Shown here: one piece after another, positions 60,151-64,000 of the stretch | How positions within the stretch are numbered: position 1 is the first letter of the stretch | Layout of the letters: each line of letters starts with the position of its first letter | Assembly (NCBI GenBank): GCA_045632245.1 | Contig: JAZQWI010000011.1 | Coordinates: 27,850-91,849, forward strand | Direction: 5' to 3' | DNA: 64,000 nt | DNA from: Faecousia sp. | Lineage (GTDB): Bacteria > Bacillota > Clostridia > Oscillospirales > Oscillospiraceae | Translations under genes and position numbers: made by a program | The notes under the pieces: model-generated | Databases searched by the model: none | Told to the model about the DNA's origin: nothing | What the model saw: only the letters and a program-made list of their open reading frames with translations

Positions 60151-60687
60151 TTACTTCTCCAAAGATTCAAAGATAGAAGATTCAAAAATCAAAAACGGGC
60201 GAACGCCGAGACAGTCGTCGCAGTCGCCACGGCCGATGCGGCCAGACGGCGAGACGCAAAGCGTCCAGTATGGATCATAATGAGGCTTCGCTGATTCCGG
60301 TGTTGCAAGCCACCACCAACCGCTTACGGGGTACTTGTCAAAAATCTCCACATGTGTCCGATAGAAATCCAAGGTCGGCAAACTAATTTTGGATTCCATT
60401 TCGCCGTAGGTCTTCAGACCGTCCAGAGTAGTGAGATCCGTTTTGACAGTGCAAACATTCTCCTCACCAATGGCGGCGATAATTTGGGGAAGAATCTCCT
60501 TTTTCATCCGCTCCAGCACATTACTGGTCCGCAGATCGTTGTTTTCACCGAACGAGGAGCGGAAAGCGACATCCTTCATTACCACCGGCACCTTGCCGTC
60601 CACGGCGGGAAACTTGATAAATTCCATACCGGCGATCTCGAAGGTCTCACCATCTTTTACATTGGGGAAATTGTTAATTTTGCTCAT
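60151..60687 (-). CDS. DGR target protein 1 (DUF6273/C-lectin-like)
   Basis: WWWLATP...CVSPSG-variable-GVRPF; contains VR1. Confidence 0.88.
   Translation of the reverse strand: MSKINNFPNVKDGETFEIAGMEFIKFPAVDGKVPVVMKDVAFRSSFGENNDLRTSNVLERMKKEILPQIIAAIGEENVCTVKTDLTTLDGLKTYGEMESKISLPTLDFYRTHVEIFDKYPVSGWWWLATPESAKPHYDPYWTLCVSPSGRIGRGDCDDCLGVRPFLIFESSIFESLEK
60194..60261 (-). repeat. DGR variable repeat VR1
   Basis: 68 bp, 14 mismatches to TR, all at TR adenines. Confidence 0.95.
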
Positions 60688-60701
60688 GATTATTTCTCCT
60701 T

Positions 60702-61307
60702 TCACTTCGATACAAAGATATTAGAATTTAAGATACAAAACGGGCGAACGCCGCGACTGCCGTCGTAGTTGACAACGTTGATGTAGCCAGACGGCGAGAC
60801 GCATTTGGCCCAGCTGTCATTTTCATGCCTTGCGGTACTGTAGGGCGTTGCCAGCCACCACCAGTCCTTAGGTACATACTTGTCCAGAGTATATACATAC
60901 CGGCGATACCGCCCCGTGGTGAGCAGAGATGCAAATCGTTTTACAGAACCGTAATCCTTCAAGCCATCGTCTGCTGTCAGGTCCACCGTGTGTAAGATGA
61001 CATTGTCCTCTCCGACGATCTTTGCCAGCTTGGTTCCAAACTCTTGGCACAGTTTATCTACCTTGGAGCCGTCATAATTGTTGTTGTCACCAAAAGTAGA
61101 GTTCTTAACGAATTCCTTGCAGATCAGCGCTGTGGTATCCCCGGACTGTTCCAATACCACCAGCTCATACTCACCGATCTTTACGGTGTCGCCCACTGCC
61201 ACAGCCGACAGTCTTACCGAATCTAGACAGAAACTGGCCTTGATCTGCTCGACCTGCTCTTTTGTTAATTCTGTTTTTCTGCCATTGATAGAGATGTAGT
61301 TTTTCAT
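60702..61307 (-). CDS. DGR target protein 2 (DUF6273/C-lectin-like)
   Basis: WWWLATP...CVSPSG-variable-GVRPF; contains VR2. Confidence 0.88.
   Translation of the reverse strand: MKNYISINGRKTELTKEQVEQIKASFCLDSVRLSAVAVGDTVKIGEYELVVLEQSGDTTALICKEFVKNSTFGDNNNYDGSKVDKLCQEFGTKLAKIVGEDNVILHTVDLTADDGLKDYGSVKRFASLLTTGRYRRYVYTLDKYVPKDWWWLATPYSTARHENDSWAKCVSPSGYINVVNYDGSRGVRPFCILNSNIFVSK
60739..60803 (-). repeat. DGR variable repeat VR2
   Basis: 65 bp, 9 mismatches to TR, all at TR adenines. Confidence 0.95.
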
Positions 61308-61394
61308 TTCTTATTTCCTCCAAATTATATATTGTTACCGGAAATGTCCGGTTTCTGCTGATGTTCAAAGAAACACATCAAGTAAACTCTAAAC

Positions 61395-61664
61395 TCACTT
61401 TGGAATATCCCGCCCCAACGGACACCACTTTGGTGTGCGGCCTGTCCAACTGGCCTTGTTACCAATCTTCTTAGCTTTGACTGTTGCCAAACAGTAGTAG
61501 CAAAACCGATCCATAAATTTTTTCTTCTGGATCGTCCTATCTGGCCGGCAACAAATTACATCCTTACCATCAATCTTCTTGTTGCTCCATCCGCCACCGG
61601 TAGGAATGAGCCCCTCCTCTTTCACCTCGAAAAATGCAGGGCAATCTCTACACATTCTCTCCAT
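61395..61664 (-). CDS. Cys-rich phage protein
   Basis: CRDC...CYYC...PKWCPL. Confidence 0.6.
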   Translation of the reverse strand: MERMCRDCPAFFEVKEEGLIPTGGGWSNKKIDGKDVICCRPDRTIQKKKFMDRFCYYCLATVKAKKIGNKASWTGRTPKWCPLGRDIPK

Positions 61665-62464
61665 TACGTTTGCTTCTCCTTTCTCCGCCTTGCGGCGGCC
61701 ATCTTCACTTTAGCTATCAAAATACCTGTTTCTGTATGCTCTGCGTTATCAAATCGGAGTCCATGCTTATTCATAACCGCATTTTCTGCCAAGCTTACCA
61801 ACGCGAGATTTTCCAGCACACAGTTTTGGCGGTCTCCGTCCTTGAAAATAACTCTGTGCCCCTCCGGCACCGTCCCATAAGCTTGCTCCCAAAGGAGCAG
61901 ATGCAGCTGCCGCCAATTTTTTGTCCATACCCCCGGCTTATCATCTATCTTCTTCCAGAGATATCCGTCCGATTTTGTCACGACCGTTCCCACAGGCATA
62001 GTATCCCAGGGCGTCCCTCCTTTTTTAAACCATCCCTTCTCGCTGCCGGGGGCATAATATCCTTTCATCCCCTTGTTGTGAGAAATATGTCCTTTTTCAA
62101 ACCATCCGGTTAATCCGCTATCTATGTTGTGATTGGCATAATAACCCTTGATCTGAGAACGGGTATAGCTCGTGCCAAAGGTTTCATTTAATAGTTGCGC
62201 CATCTGTTTTGGTCCTATGCCCTTATAATGCTCCAATATAAAGGAAACAATATGCGCCGGAAATACCTTGGACGGTTCTCCTTTTTTAATACCTGGTTTT
62301 GTTCCGCTTTTCAGATTATGATTGTTCTTATAACTTTTCATGGATAACTTGGTAAAGTTAGTCCCAAAGACAGCATTGGTCTTTTCAGCAAGTTCTTCAG
62401 CAGAACACTCCTCCACATGCTTCAAAATAAAAGCATGTACCTCTGGCGCATACCGCTGGCTCAT
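61664..62464 (-). CDS. HNH endonuclease with duplicated N-terminal HTH-like repeats
   Basis: Two N-x-x-FGT repeats, FEKG/FKKG motifs, HLLLWE...FKDGDRQN...NL. Confidence 0.8.
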   Translation of the reverse strand: MSQRYAPEVHAFILKHVEECSAEELAEKTNAVFGTNFTKLSMKSYKNNHNLKSGTKPGIKKGEPSKVFPAHIVSFILEHYKGIGPKQMAQLLNETFGTSYTRSQIKGYYANHNIDSGLTGWFEKGHISHNKGMKGYYAPGSEKGWFKKGGTPWDTMPVGTVVTKSDGYLWKKIDDKPGVWTKNWRQLHLLLWEQAYGTVPEGHRVIFKDGDRQNCVLENLALVSLAENAVMNKHGLRFDNAEHTETGILIAKVKMAAARRRKEKQT

Positions 62465-62706
62465 AGCTCCCCAACCTCCAACATCCTGGGTACCGGTGCC
62501 AATCTTCCGTCTGTCCGGTACTCATTCAGATGCGCCATAGTCTTCAGCGCCAACTCACCGTTTCGGATCATCGTCTCAGCAACAGCTGTCACCGCCTGGC
62601 ATCTGGTAATCTCTTTTTGCAATTGTTCTTCAGAAATATCATCATCCATAAGCCTTTCCAATGACTCAAACAGATAGTTGTTTAAATCGTTAAGTGTGTT
62701 TTTCAT
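62461..62706 (-). CDS. Small phage protein
   Basis: GGAGG SD; MKNTLNDLNNYLFESLERL. Confidence 0.7.
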   Translation of the reverse strand: MKNTLNDLNNYLFESLERLMDDDISEEQLQKEITRCQAVTAVAETMIRNGELALKTMAHLNEYRTDGRLAPVPRMLEVGEL

Positions 62707-62729
62707 ACAAAAAACCTCCATTTTTTTAC

Positions 62730-62836
62730 TTGCCAAAAAACAGGAAGCCGTGTTATAATGTTTTTGCGGCTCCCTGTGAGTTGTGTTAATGATGAGCAAT
62801 GCCCGGCTTTGGTCGGTGGGGCATTGCTCGTTTTTT
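62730..62836 (+). ncRNA. Antisense promoter plus terminator unit (putative ~70-nt sRNA)
   Basis: TTGCCA-N18-TATAAT with TGn; GAGCAATGCCC/GGGCATTGCTC hairpin plus T6. Confidence 0.55.
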
Positions 62837-63386
62837 ATTTATCTGCGAAAAACTGAAAGCCTTCCAAATGCGCAAGACGATCATCGTCAATTGCTGCCCG
62901 CCCCTGCGCGCGAATGTAAACGCCCGACTCTCCATCGGACACTCCGCACCAGCCATCGATATAGCGCACCGACTCTTTCAGAGCTGCGGCCGCCATTAAA
63001 TCAGGATCGATCATCACCATTCGCAGTTGTTCCTTTGCCTGCCACAGATCGTATCCTTGGAAGTTCAGCGGCGTCCGGAATAACCGTATACCCTCATCCG
63101 CGATTTTGGCAACCATGATTTCCACATCCGCCGTTGCCGTCTCGAAGATCTCCGACTGACACCCCATTTTCTTGCTTGGCTTGTAGGCAGTACCGGTGCC
63201 GGGCAGCTTTCCCATGTGCTCAGCCAGTGCGCCCAGTACCTTCCGGGGTAGCTGCTCAACACTGCTCCACACCGCCCAGTCCGGACCGATCAGCCATATT
63301 CGCTTACCGCTCACCGCCACGGTGTACCCCGCGCCCTTGAACCGCTGATTCATCAGCTTTATCAAAGGTCTTTCATTGATTACCAT
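62835..63386 (-). CDS. Hypothetical phage protein
   Basis: 183-aa ORF in packed operon. Confidence 0.6.
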   Translation of the reverse strand: MVINERPLIKLMNQRFKGAGYTVAVSGKRIWLIGPDWAVWSSVEQLPRKVLGALAEHMGKLPGTGTAYKPSKKMGCQSEIFETATADVEIMVAKIADEGIRLFRTPLNFQGYDLWQAKEQLRMVMIDPDLMAAAALKESVRYIDGWCGVSDGESGVYIRAQGRAAIDDDRLAHLEGFQFFADK

Positions 63387-63711
63387 TTTCGATTCCTCCT
63401 ATTTCCCACGCGATCCGCGCGTAATACATTTGACACGGCGCGTGTTTATTACTTTTCTTCATTACCCTCACGACATCAAAACCGGCATTTTCAAGCTTTT
63501 TCAAATCCTCCGGATACCAAATCACAAGCAGCATCGTCCGCAGCTCCACCAGGAATCGCCCGTTCGCCATTTCTATCACCCTGGGTAATTGTCTTGAAAC
63601 AAACCTGTCAAGACCGAATGGCTTCAGCGATTCCCGAAACCGATCTACCAGCCGGCGCAGCTCGCCATCGTCAATTGCAACTTCCACGCCGGCAGAATCG
63701 ATAAACTTCAT
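63373..63711 (-). CDS. Hypothetical phage protein
   Basis: ORF overlapping the next gene start. Confidence 0.5.
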   Translation of the reverse strand: MKFIDSAGVEVAIDDGELRRLVDRFRESLKPFGLDRFVSRQLPRVIEMANGRFLVELRTMLLVIWYPEDLKKLENAGFDVVRVMKKSNKHAPCQMYYARIAWEIGGIENGNQ

Positions 63712-63871
63712 ACTCTCTACCTTCTCCCCCTCAGCCACCCCACCGTAGACTGTCCGCTGTACCGTCACCGCGGTTCGCTCCCGTTTCGTCTTGCCTGCTC
63801 ACACTTAGGCAATACCAAACCCAAACCATACAAAGAAAGAAAGGATCCGACCCCTATGTCCAAAAGATCGG

Positions 63872-63947
63872 TGGAGGGCAAGGCCGGATTCGAACCGACA
63901 GCCTCTTACTGTGCTTGTAAGTGTGCTTCCGGAAGCACCTCTCGCCC
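63872..63947 (-). tRNA. Atypical tRNA-like RNA (GCA at anticodon position, Cys-like)
   Basis: 76-nt cloverleaf with TTCGAAT loop and T-CCA end, but non-canonical A8, A32, A33 and C37. Confidence 0.6.
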
Positions 63948-64000
63948 GTATCGCCGGACTTTCCCGGCGGTCATCACTTAATAACCGTTTGGGATTACCC

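Larger units (their letters stand above)
29060..64000 (-). mobile_element. Prophage, podovirus-like, continuing past the window end
   Basis: Abrupt switch after tRNA-Tyr to minus-strand phage genes (terminase, portal, capsid, lysin, DGR, early genes); integrase not in window. Confidence 0.92.

Overview
Two parts. Bases 1-~29,060 are ordinary chromosome of a spore-forming clostridial (Oscillospiraceae-like) bacterium: potABC, rpsF-ssb-rpsR, dacF, corrinoid reactivase, srtB, gdhA, miaB-mutS-mutL-miaA-hfq, yggS-sepF-divIVA, T-box-ileS, tRNA-Thr and tRNA-Tyr. From the 3' end of tRNA-Tyr to the window end lies a minus-strand prophage that continues beyond the window. It has a podovirus-like morphogenesis module (TerS, TerL, portal, scaffold, capsid, YadA-repeat fibre, lysis genes, a 3000-aa polyvalent protein; no tape measure or tail tube seen) and an early-gene region. 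Highlights: (1) a complete diversity-generating retroelement (two target genes, avd, 68-bp TR, RT) with 14 and 9 VR mismatches, all at TR adenines, diversifying two small non-structural proteins rather than the fibre; (2) inside the 3000-aa gene, each of two LPD3/BECR-like domains ends in a near-consensus antisense sigma-70 promoter whose predicted +1 coincides with the first base of a closed multi-hairpin small RNA, a candidate embedded RNA antitoxin or regulator system; (3) an 80-codon overprinted gene with a perfect Shine-Dalgarno in the same giant gene; (4) an atypical tRNA-Cys-like RNA and an antisense sRNA in the early region. Family assignments are from motif recognition only; no searches were run.
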